DNA of 64,000 nt from Gemmatimonadota bacterium (GTDB taxonomy: Bacteria > JBHIER01 > G020348925). Positions 38,975 through 49,682 of this stretch are shown here, in pieces. The stretch is from positions 2,681,688-2,745,687 of the forward strand of contig CP070758.1 of the NCBI GenBank assembly GCA_020348925.1. Direction: 5' to 3'. The notes under the pieces were generated by a model. It searched no databases. It was not told where the DNA came from and was given only the letters and a program-made list of their open reading frames with translations. The translations under genes and the position numbers were made by a program. Positions within the stretch are counted from its first letter, which is position 1. Each line of letters starts with the position of its first letter.

Positions 38975-41900
38975 TTATTTCATCAATATCATCCGTCTGA
39001 TAGCTGTGAAGTCATTGGCCTCAATCCGATAGAAATACACCCCGCTGGCCATGGTATGGGCGTCCCAAACGATTGTGTGATAGCCTGCTTCCAGATCACC
39101 GTTTACAAGCTCCGTTACCTCTTGTCCCAACACGTTGTACACGGTAAACGTCACCTTCGCATCCTCAGGCAAACCGAAGGCAATCGACGTCACCGGATTG
39201 AAGGGATTCGGATAGTTCTGGGCCAGACTGTACTCGACCGGCACCAGATCCCCCGACTTGATCACGAACATCGAGCCGTGGCTAAAACTGATGGCCTCGT
39301 CCACGGTGAAGACCACGGGCTCCACCATCTCAACCTCTATCTCGTCCCCTATCTGGCTTGAGATGGTGAACGGCACCCGTACCACGGCACCAGCACCGGC
39401 CTCAATCGCCTCTCCCTCCTGACCAAACACAAAGACCACCAGATCATCCCCGATCACCTTGGAACTCACATCCATCCCCTCAGACCGAGCCGTCAACTCA
39501 ACCTCGCCGGCCACCAGGACCTCCTGATCGTACCGAAACCGCAGCAGCAGACCGGCCACATCCTGCTCAGTTGAGACGGATACAGGCACAATCACCGCCC
39601 GACCGGCCATACCAACAACATCGCCCACCTCCACTTCGGCCACGGCCGCCTTCGGATCGCACACGCCCACGGCCAGGTTGATACATTTCATCAAATCCAA
39701 AATATTGATGAGCCCGTCACCATTGGCATCGGCCGCCCAGATCAACGTACCGGGCGTAAAAACGTACTCAATATCTCCCAGATTGTAGCCGGGCTTGCCG
39801 ATGATGTGATTTAGAATGGCGAACAGATCCATCAACGTCACCGTCGTGTCCGGCGCTGAGGACAACCCTGTCACGTCGCACTTGTTGGGCACAATATACC
39901 CACCAAAACAGATCTGACCCTTGTCCTCAAACTTCAAACACAACGGCTCCTTGGGATGACCCCCCCAGTCCAGCAACCCATCCAGAATCACATCCTCATA
40001 CCAGATGTCCGCACACTGACCCGCTGGCGCCCCAGGCAATATCTTGAAAAAAACCGTCACAATCGACATCAAGCCCACATCCCCCAGAGACGGCGGCAAC
40101 TCGCAATGCGGGATCGGTGGTGTCGTCGGCGGATCTATCGTCGGATGCAACGGCGTCGAATACAACGCAATCTCATGAGTCCCAGGCGCCAACTCTCGAT
40201 CCTGCAACTCAAAACCTGCCGTCCTCGTCGTCGTCTGCACCTCCACCACTTCCATGTACTCCGATTCATACATCAGATTGATCTGCACCGCCGACACCGG
40301 ATACTCGTTGTCCAGCATAAGACCCACGCCAATCTTATCGCCAGGCACCACTGACGGATCTTGACCACCGCAGGTCTCCGCATACTTGTAGCCCAACTTG
40401 ATCCCAGAGGTGTCCCGAATACACATACCCGTATAGGGCATGAACTTGATGTCCACAAAATCCGTATCCCGCTTGCAGAACCCCTTGGCCGCATGCACAA
40501 TCACGTGGGCCGGCATCGGCGGAGGCCCAGATCCCTTGGGTATAATCGTTAAGTTCGCCTCCGCGCTCTCACCCGCTGGCAGATCAAACTCATCCACATC
40601 AAAGGCGTACTCCCAATCCATCGGGATGTCATCAGGCTCTATCCACAGGTCGATGTTGTCCGGATACGGCTCCTCGTTGTACACCGGAATCGGTATCGCT
40701 ACCGGTGGCCACGGCGAATCCGCATCCACCCACCGGTGCTTGGGCCACAACCACCGCTCGCAATCACGCAAATACTCCGTCGTCGAATCTTCCACCGTCC
40801 ACCAACTCTCAAAATCAGGATCAGGACAATGACGGCGGATCACAGGATAGTCGATGACGATGTTCCGCGCATACTGCTGGTAGTAGTTGCAGCTCAGATC
40901 CTCATACTCGAACCACGGCGTCTGGTAATGATACGGCGCCACGACCTGACGGGCAAACCCTCCGATGCCGCCCCACAGGACCGTGTCGTACACAGAACCC
41001 TCAAAGAACGGGAAGAAGAAGCCCCACTCCGCCAGGCCGAAGCTGATCTTGGGGTAGGCGCTGTTGGGTCCGTCGTTGACCACCGTCACCCACACATCGT
41101 AAGGTACATCGTGACACGGATACCGCGGACTCCACCGCAGCTCTTGCACATGCACCGGTTGGATCGGCCGACCGTCAGGCCCCAGGAAGAAGTGTTTCGG
41201 GTAGGGCATGAACTCGATCTCCACTTCACCCCATTCACCTGTGCACTTGAAACCCCTCACCTTGATGACGACCGGTCCCTCAGGTTCCTCACCACCCGGC
41301 CACACCGTTAACAAGACGTTCTGACGATCACCAGGAGTACCGTAGGGTTCCAACTCCAAAGCCGCTTCACTCAAATCCGCAGCCCACTCCTCGGGCACGT
41401 CGGCCAGGGATAATTCTATGGCCATCGGCTCGTCACCATCATTCCACACCGGGATCGTCATTGGCGCCAACCCCCAACGGACCGGCTCCTTGTCCCACGG
41501 CCCATCCGGCCAGATCGTCATCCGGCACCGACGCGCCAGACGTATCGTATCCTCCTGACAATATTCCCTGTCGACACGCCACCGCTCCGAGGACCATCCA
41601 ACAATGATGTTCCGCGCCCACCAATTGTGATGATCAGGATGATGGTGGAACGCACACTCGCACGCAACGGTGTCCGTGCTTCCACCAGAAAGGTATACCG
41701 ATTCTACATAACATAGTGGATCTGTATCAATCGGTGGTAATGTAAACAATCCCCACGGCGCCTCCACAAAGCCGACAACCACCTCTTCGGGTTCTTCGCA
41801 CGTGTTATGAAAGGCCGCTTTCACCGTGTAATCGTCGCAGATGCACGGATATTCACCCCGATAGGGATGGCTCCAGGTGATGTCCGGCTCGTCGATCTCC

Positions 41901-43849
41901 ACACAGTCGGGGCCGTAATCGAGACAGACACGCACCATGTACTCGTATCCTGGAAAACACTTCCACTGACCATCGTCCGAATTCCAGATCCACGAGTACG
42001 TCTCCTCGTGTCCGGCATCCCCCAATATCCTCGGCCGGTCCATCCCCGGCAACATCTGCCACACCACGTAAAAGCAGCGCTTCGGTGGAATAATCACACA
42101 CTGCTCACTCAGGTCCACCTTCTCCCACTCCCAGTTGCCGATAAACTCTCCCGTCCCTATCGCGGCCAACGGCGCTCCCTCCAGCATGGTCTCACCGGGT
42201 GGAAGAGGCACACACGTCTCACACGGCGACACCATCCCCAGAGAGATCCACATGTTCACCGTCCCAGGATCGTACCACTGAAAAGCGACCGTGTCCAATC
42301 TTGCCTCACCGCAGGGATTATAAAACCCAACAGCGTAGTAATCCAGATCTGGGTTGAGGGTGCCACCCTCCAGATAATCCTCCGCCAATCCTTCCAGATT
42401 GTGATCCCAGCAGCACGTGCCCCAGCACTCAGGGTAACACGGCCCGCGATCACCATCAAAGACCTCATCGCACGCATCGCCTCTCCCGTCATTATCGGAG
42501 TCAAACTGGACAGGATTAAAATGGTGCGGACAGTTGTCGTCTACGTTGGACACACCATCCCTGTCAGTATCCAGCTCACCTGCGTACACATAGGCCTTTC
42601 CATTTGTCGAATAATAAGGAGCTCCAACGATGGCGTCGGTCAATCCATCGTTGTTCACATCCCCGGCCCCGGACACAGAACGGCCAAATTCATCACTGGG
42701 ATCCTGACCGTAGAGGTATATATAAGCCGTATTGTTCATGGGAGCCCCGCCGTAATAAACATAGGCCCAACCGGTGTTGGAGTTGCGCCAGGGAGCCCCC
42801 ACAATGACATCAGCGTAGCCGTCGCCGTTCACGTCCCCGGCCCCGGACACAAAAAAACCAAAAATATCACCGGCATTTTGACCGTACAGGTAGACATCGG
42901 CCATATTGTCCATGGCATTCCCGCCGTAATAGACATAGGCCCAACCGGTGTTGGAGTTACGCCAGGGAGCCCCCACAATCACATCAGCGTACCCGTCGCC
43001 GTTCACATCCCCGGCCCCGGACACCGAACGACCAAAACCATCCCCGGGATCCTGGCCATACAGAAAGAGATCGGCCGCATTGTCCATGGGATCCCCGCCG
43101 TAATAGAAATAGACCCTGTCAGGTCCATCTGCTCCCACAATGACATCAGCGTAGCCGTCGCCGTTCACGTCACCGGCCCCGGACAAAGACGCGCCAAATT
43201 CATCATTAGTATTCTGGCCGTAGAGGTAGACATCCGCCGCATTGTCCATGGGATCCCCGCCATAATAGACATAAGCCCAACCGGTGTAGGAGTTGCGGTA
43301 ATTTGCCCCCACAATCACATCACTATAACCGTCGTCGTTCACATCCCCGGCTCCGGACACAGCATTACCAAATTGATCACCGGGATCCTGGCCGTAGAGG
43401 AAGATATCGGCCCCAGTGTTCATGGGATTCCCGCCGTAATAGACATAGGCCCACCCGGTAGAGGAGTTGCGCCCGGAAGCCCCCACAATCACATCGTCGT
43501 ACCCGTCGTCGTTCACATCTCCGGCCCCGGACACAGAACTGCCAAAACTATCCCCGGGATCCTGGCCGTACAGGGTGATATCGGCGGTATTGTCCATGGG
43601 ATCCCCACCGTAATAAATAAAGACACGGCCGGTACTCAAGGTATACCCGGGAGCTCCCACAATCACATCATCGTACCCGTCACCGTTTACGTCCCCGGCC
43701 CCGGACACAACCTGACCTAAATCACCACCGTTCCCCGGCTCGGTAAAGCTCTGAAAGAGCGGCATATCTGCGGACGCACTGTCCGCATGAGAGAATACAG
43801 CCAAACAGAACGCCAACAGGCACAACAGAATGGGTCTTGTCGTGTGCAT
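38975..43849 (-). CDS. Scaffoldin-like secreted protein: 7 FG-GAP (integrin-alpha) repeats, TSP3, Cys/Trp-rich domains, cohesin-dockerin-cohesin, T9SS-type CTD
   Basis: Start reassigned to MHTTRP (GGAGG RBS, signal peptide). 7 'FG..VSGAGDVNGDGY.DVIVGA' repeats; cohesin-like 'VGLMLDNEYPVSAVQINLMY' and 'VIVPVSVSTEQDVAGLLLRFRYD'; 'AADANGDGLINILD'; 'QNYPNPFNP...RRMILMK'. Confidence 0.82.
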   Translation of the reverse strand: MHTTRPILLCLLAFCLAVFSHADSASADMPLFQSFTEPGNGGDLGQVVSGAGDVNGDGYDDVIVGAPGYTLSTGRVFIYYGGDPMDNTADITLYGQDPGDSFGSSVSGAGDVNDDGYDDVIVGASGRNSSTGWAYVYYGGNPMNTGADIFLYGQDPGDQFGNAVSGAGDVNDDGYSDVIVGANYRNSYTGWAYVYYGGDPMDNAADVYLYGQNTNDEFGASLSGAGDVNGDGYADVIVGADGPDRVYFYYGGDPMDNAADLFLYGQDPGDGFGRSVSGAGDVNGDGYADVIVGAPWRNSNTGWAYVYYGGNAMDNMADVYLYGQNAGDIFGFFVSGAGDVNGDGYADVIVGAPWRNSNTGWAYVYYGGAPMNNTAYIYLYGQDPSDEFGRSVSGAGDVNNDGLTDAIVGAPYYSTNGKAYVYAGELDTDRDGVSNVDDNCPHHFNPVQFDSDNDGRGDACDEVFDGDRGPCYPECWGTCCWDHNLEGLAEDYLEGGTLNPDLDYYAVGFYNPCGEARLDTVAFQWYDPGTVNMWISLGMVSPCETCVPLPPGETMLEGAPLAAIGTGEFIGNWEWEKVDLSEQCVIIPPKRCFYVVWQMLPGMDRPRILGDAGHEETYSWIWNSDDGQWKCFPGYEYMVRVCLDYGPDCVEIDEPDITWSHPYRGEYPCICDDYTVKAAFHNTCEEPEEVVVGFVEAPWGLFTLPPIDTDPLCYVESVYLSGGSTDTVACECAFHHHPDHHNWWARNIIVGWSSERWRVDREYCQEDTIRLARRCRMTIWPDGPWDKEPVRWGLAPMTIPVWNDGDEPMAIELSLADVPEEWAADLSEAALELEPYGTPGDRQNVLLTVWPGGEEPEGPVVIKVRGFKCTGEWGEVEIEFMPYPKHFFLGPDGRPIQPVHVQELRWSPRYPCHDVPYDVWVTVVNDGPNSAYPKISFGLAEWGFFFPFFEGSVYDTVLWGGIGGFARQVVAPYHYQTPWFEYEDLSCNYYQQYARNIVIDYPVIRRHCPDPDFESWWTVEDSTTEYLRDCERWLWPKHRWVDADSPWPPVAIPIPVYNEEPYPDNIDLWIEPDDIPMDWEYAFDVDEFDLPAGESAEANLTIIPKGSGPPPMPAHVIVHAAKGFCKRDTDFVDIKFMPYTGMCIRDTSGIKLGYKYAETCGGQDPSVVPGDKIGVGLMLDNEYPVSAVQINLMYESEYMEVVEVQTTTRTAGFELQDRELAPGTHEIALYSTPLHPTIDPPTTPPIPHCELPPSLGDVGLMSIVTVFFKILPGAPAGQCADIWYEDVILDGLLDWGGHPKEPLCLKFEDKGQICFGGYIVPNKCDVTGLSSAPDTTVTLMDLFAILNHIIGKPGYNLGDIEYVFTPGTLIWAADANGDGLINILDLMKCINLAVGVCDPKAAVAEVEVGDVVGMAGRAVIVPVSVSTEQDVAGLLLRFRYDQEVLVAGEVELTARSEGMDVSSKVIGDDLVVFVFGQEGEAIEAGAGAVVRVPFTISSQIGDEIEVEMVEPVVFTVDEAISFSHGSMFVIKSGDLVPVEYSLAQNYPNPFNPVTSIAFGLPEDAKVTFTVYNVLGQEVTELVNGDLEAGYHTIVWDAHTMASGVYFYRIEANDFTAIRRMILMK

Positions 43850-44552
43850 GATGTTCCTCCTTTCGCCGTTTTCGTTCTGGTATGCTTTTGATTCGTGTGT
43901 AAATATAAAATGTGTTACACTTGAGATCCCCTCCAATTTACGTCTCATCATAACACCGATACATGTTTACTCATGTGTCAATACAATTGATGAAATCTTA
44001 AGTGCGGCATGCCTGCGCTCAACTCCCCCATGAACATCTGTGGAGAGCGGATAAAAAATGTGATGTGAAATGTGAACTGTAACAGAACATTTTTCGAGAA
44101 GAATGCAGTCCATACAGAAATATTAAAAAGTTGATTGTCTATATATTTTGAGTCAGCTCACCTATCGACATCTAATCCTTTCAAGATAGCCTGTGTCACT
44201 TTACAGAAACGAGAGGATGTGTCCGTGGCGTAATAACGTCACTAAGTTCGCTGAGTTAGATTAGTATTATATTACGGATAAGACGGAATGTCAAGTCATT
44301 TTTTGCATTTGTTGACTGCGGCAGGCACAAGGTGTTCATTCTTTTTCCTTTTAGGGATGAGGTGACCCCCATCGAATAACGAGGCCAAATATACATCACA
44401 TAAAAATCGCAGGATGATTGGATGTAAAATATGCATTATAGAGCAACGAATGCACTTTGGAGGGAGCCGACGTATTTCCTTGTGTAACGTTCATGAATGA
44501 ATAATTTCTTTCTTTTCAACAAGATAGAATTCATTGCTTTTCATCGTTCCTT

Positions 44553-44568
44553 TGGCATACTATTCGCT
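44553..44568 (+). promoter_or_regulatory. Sigma54-type promoter candidate
   Basis: TGGCATACTATTCGCT has GG-N10-GC spacing; imperfect -12 element. Confidence 0.35.
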
Positions 44569-44840
44569 ATTTACGCAACTATCGAAAATTATAGGATGAA
44601 GCGGAAGTGAGAATGATCTTTTAAGATCAACTGTTCGTAGCTTACATAGAGTTTAAACACATTAATTTGCCGTAGGGAAATGATGGGACAATACTAAAAG
44701 TTGTTCCAATAGAGAAAGGGGGTGAAAGAACAGAAATCCAATTCCCTACTTACAAATGTGAAGAGAGGGGGTGATAAGAAAAATCCTAAACCCATAAATT
44801 CACCCGTAAGTCGTACATCTTAAATCGAAGGAGAAGTATT

Positions 44841-45224
44841 ATGTATAAAAAATTCGCGTTGATCGGTCTTGTTATTGCCCTCGTGGCAGGAATCGCCCTG
44901 GCGAAAGCGGTTAAGGTGGATTTGGTGCCATATGTTGATGCTGATGGTAATGTCCTCGAGCCAAATGCATATGGAAAAGCAATGTTGAACTACGCCAAGG
45001 GTGCTGACAAAACTGAAGTCCAGGTAAATTGCTGGGACCTCGTGCCCAATGCCATGTACACCGTTTACCTTAATAATAGTGGAACTTGGTATTCAATTTG
45101 CACGTTCACCACAGACAGTAATGGCGAGGGTCACTGCCATGCCAAACTTGCTGGTGACGTTTCAGGGCATTTGCCTGTTTCTGTCAATAACTCTGCAAAC
45201 CAAACAGTTCTGATAAGCCCATAA
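44841..45224 (+). CDS. Small exported protein of unknown function
   Basis: AAGGAG RBS, clear signal peptide (MYKKFALIGLVIALVAGIALA), beta-rich body with 'L.PN..YTVYL...FTTDSNGEG'; followed by a terminator. Confidence 0.8.
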   Translation: MYKKFALIGLVIALVAGIALAKAVKVDLVPYVDADGNVLEPNAYGKAMLNYAKGADKTEVQVNCWDLVPNAMYTVYLNNSGTWYSICTFTTDSNGEGHCHAKLAGDVSGHLPVSVNNSANQTVLISP

Positions 45225-45262
45225 TAAACGTGTCAGTGAAATAACACGTTAATGAATCAATG

Positions 45263-45294
45263 AAAGCGGCGCCTTTTATGGCGCCGCTTTTCTT
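45263..45294 (+). terminator. Intrinsic (bidirectional-looking) terminator
   Basis: AAAGCGGCGCC-ttttat-GGCGCCGCTTTT. Confidence 0.85.
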
Positions 45295-45638
45295 ATGCAC
45301 GTCAACGAGGGTCAATCCTTACATTTTAAATTTTGAAAAATCATCTTCGTTAGTTGTTAAAAGATTGAACTAATCTCCTCCCTGTTCTTTTATTATTACC
45401 CCACTTTTTAAAGTCAATTCGTAATTCGTCGATGGATCACAAGTATTTAAAGTCATGGTCAACGAGGGTCAAAATCGAAACAAAACTCTATGATTCCATG
45501 TCCTACTGTCGTTGGAAGGGTTGGACTCGTTCGAAACGGTTTTCATAATTCTGTAATTCCATAATAAAATGTGACGGGATGTTAACCTGTGGGGGGCTTA
45601 GAGAGGGGAACATCTCGTGGCACGAAGACGGAGGCATC

Positions 45639-48128
45639 ATGGTCTGCCGAAAGATCGTTATCGCTTTTTTTGTAATGATTGGATGTGTAAATCTTATCCA
45701 TGGTCAGAATCTTTACAACCAGCCGGAGAGCGCGGAGTACGACGTTGTTCGAGGCCGGTATCTCGTTTCGAACTGGGGTGACGGTAATATTGTACAAATC
45801 GACCGGGACGGCACGGAGAGCTTCTTCGATACGACCCTGGCCTCGAGCGTGGGTATGGTTATTTTTGAGGGTATTCTGTACGTATCAGCCGACACCGCCG
45901 TCGTGGGATTTGATCTTGCGACCGGCGCGGAAATCTGGTCGTTGATCATCCCGGAGATCGGTTTCTACAACGACCTTGCCTTCGATTCCTCAGGCTATCT
46001 CTATGTGACCGATTATATGCAATATGATGAAGGGGGCGGCGTTTATAGAATAAACATAGAAGATCGCACCTACAATCCGTTATCAATTCGTTTGAGCTAT
46101 CCCAACGGTGTTATGTACGATCAGAATCACAACCGCCTCATCGTCTGCGGCGGCTGGCCGAATGCACGGATTACGGCCATCGGCCTGCCAGACGGTGCAG
46201 ATTCGGCCATTGTCTTTACCCCCTTCGGCGGTTTGGACGGCCTCGCTGCCGATCTGAACGGCAACATCTACGTCTCCTCCTGGCGTCATGAAGCGGTCTA
46301 CCGGTTCGATCCGGAGTTCGAGGGCGAGCCTGCGCTCGTTTCCAGCGGGCACAGTGGGCCGGCGGACATTTTTTATAACGACAGGGACCATGTTCTGGTC
46401 GTGACCAATCTCAACGCCAACACCGTCGATTTTGTCCGTATCCGGACCGATCAGTTTACGAGGGTGACCGAAGGTGCCCCTGTCAATGACGGCGGATTCT
46501 CCACCGGTGCGAACTGGGTCGATTATGACAACGATGATTATCCGGATCTCTTTGTCCCCAACTGGTACAACGCGGCCCAGCGAAACGTTCTCTATCACAA
46601 TAACGGCGACGGCACCTTCACCAAGGTGACGGACGGTCTCATCGTTAATGAGGGGGGTTCGCTGTCCGGATGCTGGGCGGATTACGACAATGACGGTGAC
46701 GTGGATGTCTACCTGGCCAATCCGGGTCAGGGATCCAGCGGGGCGTACAACTTTTACTATCTGAATAATGGGGACGGGTCCTTTACAAAGGTGACTGACG
46801 ACGCATCTGTCCAAGAGCGCCTGACATCCATGAGTGGTGTCTGCGCCGATTATGACAACGACGGGGATCTGGATCTCTATGTGTCGCATCACTGTCCGCC
46901 ACGGAACTGCTCGAACTCTTTTTTCCGGAATGACGGCGGCACCTTTACTCAAATGGATAATACCGAACTGGGACTGGACGATGAGGACGGCAGCTACGGG
47001 TCGTGGTGCGATTATGACGGGGACGGCGATCTCGATCTCTACAATACGCGAGGTCACGTCAAAAACGCCCTTTTTCAAAACAACTGGGACGGGACCTTTA
47101 CCCGGATCACCCATAATGCCATCGTCGCCGATAGTGTCGGGGGATGCAGTTGGGGTGACTACGACAACGACGGTGATTTTGACCTCTTTATCCCGGGCAG
47201 CCGGGATGGCTGCCACAAATTGTACAACAATGTCGGTAACGGGGAATTTATTGCGGTGACCGGCCAGGAGTTGGTCGACGAGTCCGGCTGGAATACCATC
47301 GGAAGCAGCTGGGGCGACTACGACAATGACGGCGATCTCGATCTCGTCGTGGTCGGCAACCTCTATTATGAGCCTGTGCCGAATGCACTCTATGAAAACA
47401 ACGGTGACGGGACGTTTACTAAGGTCACAGAGAGCCAGATTACTACCGATCTGGAGTCATCTGCAGCGGCAGCCTGGGGGGATTACGATCGAGACGGGGA
47501 TCTGGATCTGTTCATTCCCAATGTGGGCTTCGAGGACAACGCGCTTTACCGAAACAACGGCAACGCCAACAACTGGATCACTATCCGATGCATCGGTTTT
47601 GTTTCGAACCGGTCCGCCATCGGGGCGAAGGTCAAGGTCAGGGCGATTATCAGTGGCGAAGATGTGTGGCAGGTGCGGGAGATTTCAGGACAGACGGGCG
47701 CCAAGGGCCAGAACAGCCTCAATGCTCACTTCGGTTTGGGGGATGCCGCTGTTATTGACGAGATCAGGGTCGAGTGGCCCAGCGGTATTTTAAGTGTTCT
47801 TACGTCTTTCGATGTGAACCAGTTCCTGACGATTGTCGAAGGTGAAGCCGGCGACTCCGACGGTGACGGGATTCTTGATGAGGAGGACAACTGTCCCTAT
47901 TTCTATAATCCCGATCAGGGTTCTGTCGAGCCGGGCGATATCGACTGCAGAGACGGCGTCGATGTTGTGGATGTGTTGGCCGTGGTGAATCATATCCTCA
48001 ATACCGATGCGCTTTTCGGGGCTGCCTCCCAGCGGGCCAACTGTAACGGTGACGGTAGGATCGACGTCCTCGATGTCGTCGGCATCGTCAATGTGATTCT
48101 GGGGCATGGCTCGTGCGTGCCGAAATAA
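45639..48128 (+). CDS. Secreted SMP-30/gluconolactonase-like propeller + CRTAC1-type FG-GAP repeats + ASPIC/UnbV + TSP3 + dockerin
   Basis: GGAGG RBS at MVCRKIV; PES, FYND, YPNG, GLDG, GPAD; ~7 W.DYDNDGD.DL repeats; SNRSAIGAKV, AHFGLG, IRVEWPSG; C-terminal dockerin. Confidence 0.87.
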   Translation: MVCRKIVIAFFVMIGCVNLIHGQNLYNQPESAEYDVVRGRYLVSNWGDGNIVQIDRDGTESFFDTTLASSVGMVIFEGILYVSADTAVVGFDLATGAEIWSLIIPEIGFYNDLAFDSSGYLYVTDYMQYDEGGGVYRINIEDRTYNPLSIRLSYPNGVMYDQNHNRLIVCGGWPNARITAIGLPDGADSAIVFTPFGGLDGLAADLNGNIYVSSWRHEAVYRFDPEFEGEPALVSSGHSGPADIFYNDRDHVLVVTNLNANTVDFVRIRTDQFTRVTEGAPVNDGGFSTGANWVDYDNDDYPDLFVPNWYNAAQRNVLYHNNGDGTFTKVTDGLIVNEGGSLSGCWADYDNDGDVDVYLANPGQGSSGAYNFYYLNNGDGSFTKVTDDASVQERLTSMSGVCADYDNDGDLDLYVSHHCPPRNCSNSFFRNDGGTFTQMDNTELGLDDEDGSYGSWCDYDGDGDLDLYNTRGHVKNALFQNNWDGTFTRITHNAIVADSVGGCSWGDYDNDGDFDLFIPGSRDGCHKLYNNVGNGEFIAVTGQELVDESGWNTIGSSWGDYDNDGDLDLVVVGNLYYEPVPNALYENNGDGTFTKVTESQITTDLESSAAAAWGDYDRDGDLDLFIPNVGFEDNALYRNNGNANNWITIRCIGFVSNRSAIGAKVKVRAIISGEDVWQVREISGQTGAKGQNSLNAHFGLGDAAVIDEIRVEWPSGILSVLTSFDVNQFLTIVEGEAGDSDGDGILDEEDNCPYFYNPDQGSVEPGDIDCRDGVDVVDVLAVVNHILNTDALFGAASQRANCNGDGRIDVLDVVGIVNVILGHGSCVPK

Positions 48129-48170
48129 ATTATACGCAAGCGGAGCGATTTTTAAAAAGTATGCCATAAC

Positions 48171-48304
48171 TGTCATTCTGAGTCCGATGTGTCGGATGAA
48201 GAATCTGTCACCATCCGGGTGAGATTCTTCACTTCGCTTTGCGGAGCCTGTCCCGAATCCCGGTTCAAGACCGGGACAGGCCCGATTCGAGGTTCAGAAT
48301 GACA
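48171..48304. repeat. TGTCATTCTGA...TCAGAATGACA palindromic element with nested insert
   Basis: 11-bp terminal IR, internal GAAGAATCT/AGATTCTTC, and an inserted CCTGTCCCG...CGGGACAGG hairpin; related element GTCATTCC...GGAATGAC at 52389-52471. Confidence 0.75.
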
Positions 48305-48471
48305 ATGACGGTAATTTGGTTTCAGAAATCGCTCAATACAGATCAAAGATGCATTCTTGCGTGTTGAATGCTTGGTATCATCCTCCAACTCGACCGGAGG
48401 ACGAACTCAAATTGCATGATCGGGATGAGGCTGGTTGGAGCGTTCTGATTCTCACGGGGCAGACGGTTAGT

Positions 48472-48880
48472 ATGAAAACAGTAGGTGTCATTCTCATTCT
48501 CGCTCTCACCATCGGATCGTCCTTTTCTGAGAAGCCGCATTTTGGGACTGTACAGAATGTGCATCTTCTGGACGTGAAGATGGAATCCGATGGTTTTACT
48601 GCCGCAGAACGATCGCTTGTCGCAAGTCTCGATCTGGAAACTTCTGGCATCGGAATATTTAAGACGCGAGATAACTACGACTGTTTTCATCTTGAAGGTA
48701 TACGGACCAATGGAATTGAAGGCCAACCCCTCACCTACGTGAAGGCCGAAAGAATTGAATTGGACCAGCGCACCAGGATTACGGGTGTCAGACTCATCAG
48801 TGGAGAATACGTTGAAATCAGGGATGAAATTCGTCTTGCCCCTGAACCGGCGCCCCTCCATCCGACCAAAACGAAGAAGA
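48472..48880 (+). CDS. Secreted protein N-terminus, possibly C25 propeptide-like; truncated by gap
   Basis: Signal-like MKTVGVILILALTIG; 'G.P......I.L....I.GV' resembles the propeptide region of 60129..62576. Confidence 0.5.
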
Positions 48881-48980
48881 NNNNNNNNNNNNNNNNNNNN
48901 NNNNNNNNNNNNNNNNNNNNNNNNNNNNNNNNNNNNNNNNNNNNNNNNNNNNNNNNNNNNNNNNNNNNNNNNNNNNNNNN
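48881..48980. other. 100-N contig spacer
   Basis: Run of exactly 100 N. Confidence 0.95.
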
Positions 48981-49091
48981 GGGAAACAGAGTTCCCATGT
49001 CAATTGCACTCCCAAACAGAGTTTGGGAACAATGGAGAATTGTTTAGGTTAACCTTGATTTTGAATCTTTGATGAGGCCACCATCAACGGC

Positions 49092-49337
49092 CTACGCAGG
49101 CTGCATCATAGTCTGGGGTTCTATCTCGACATGAGCTACTTCAAATCCCGCGGTTGTTACGTCTCTCAGAGCACTACGAATGGCTTCCTCCAGCGACGGA
49201 GCTTCCCGGTGAGAACGGATTTGTGGGACGCCAGCGATAGTGGAAAGCGTACCGTCATCAAAAATACCATAGAGTCTATCGGCTTCTTCTTCGTTTGGAT
49301 CTTCCGATAATATCAAGGTGAATTCGTGTTCTTTCAT
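49092..49337 (-). CDS. Small antitoxin-like/HicB-fold protein
   Basis: AAGGAG RBS; EFTLIL...ADRLY...REAPSLEEAIRSALRDV..AG pattern. Confidence 0.6.
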   Translation of the reverse strand: MKEHEFTLILSEDPNEEEADRLYGIFDDGTLSTIAGVPQIRSHREAPSLEEAIRSALRDVTTAGFEVAHVEIEPQTMMQPA

Positions 49338-49406
49338 GACTCCTTTTCTTGTCGATAGTTGACCCTCTTGATATCAACTTGTTGTCATTGCACGATCACG
49401 AATGTT

Positions 49407-49682
49407 TCAAGCAGATACTATCTCTACTGTTGGTTTAACTAATCGAGACTTTCTTTCTGGAGCAAGTTTTTTAACCCTCACAAGAACCATCGGTTGATCT
49501 TTCTCTTTCCTTGCCTTCGCTATTTTGAGATTCTCCTCTGCCAATTCTTGATCATATTCCGGTAGAATTACAACTATTGCATCCTTTGGTATACGATTGG
49601 CAACTTCAGGGTGTTCTAAAACATACCTACTAAATTCTGTGGTCAGTTCTAAATTTTTCTCAAATAGTTCCTTCTTGTTCAT
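49407..49682 (-). CDS. Small protein (DUF5647-like), putative antitoxin partner of 49679..49993
   Basis: KN.EL..EF.RY..EHPE...IP..A.VV.LPE.D.EL..EN; ATGA overlap with the upstream gene. Confidence 0.65.
   Translation of the reverse strand: MNKKELFEKNLELTTEFSRYVLEHPEVANRIPKDAIVVILPEYDQELAEENLKIAKARKEKDQPMVLVRVKKLAPERKSRLVKPTVEIVSA

Noticed and set aside
41807-43720. 637-aa plus-strand ORF
   Set aside because: Antisense shadow of the FG-GAP repeats.
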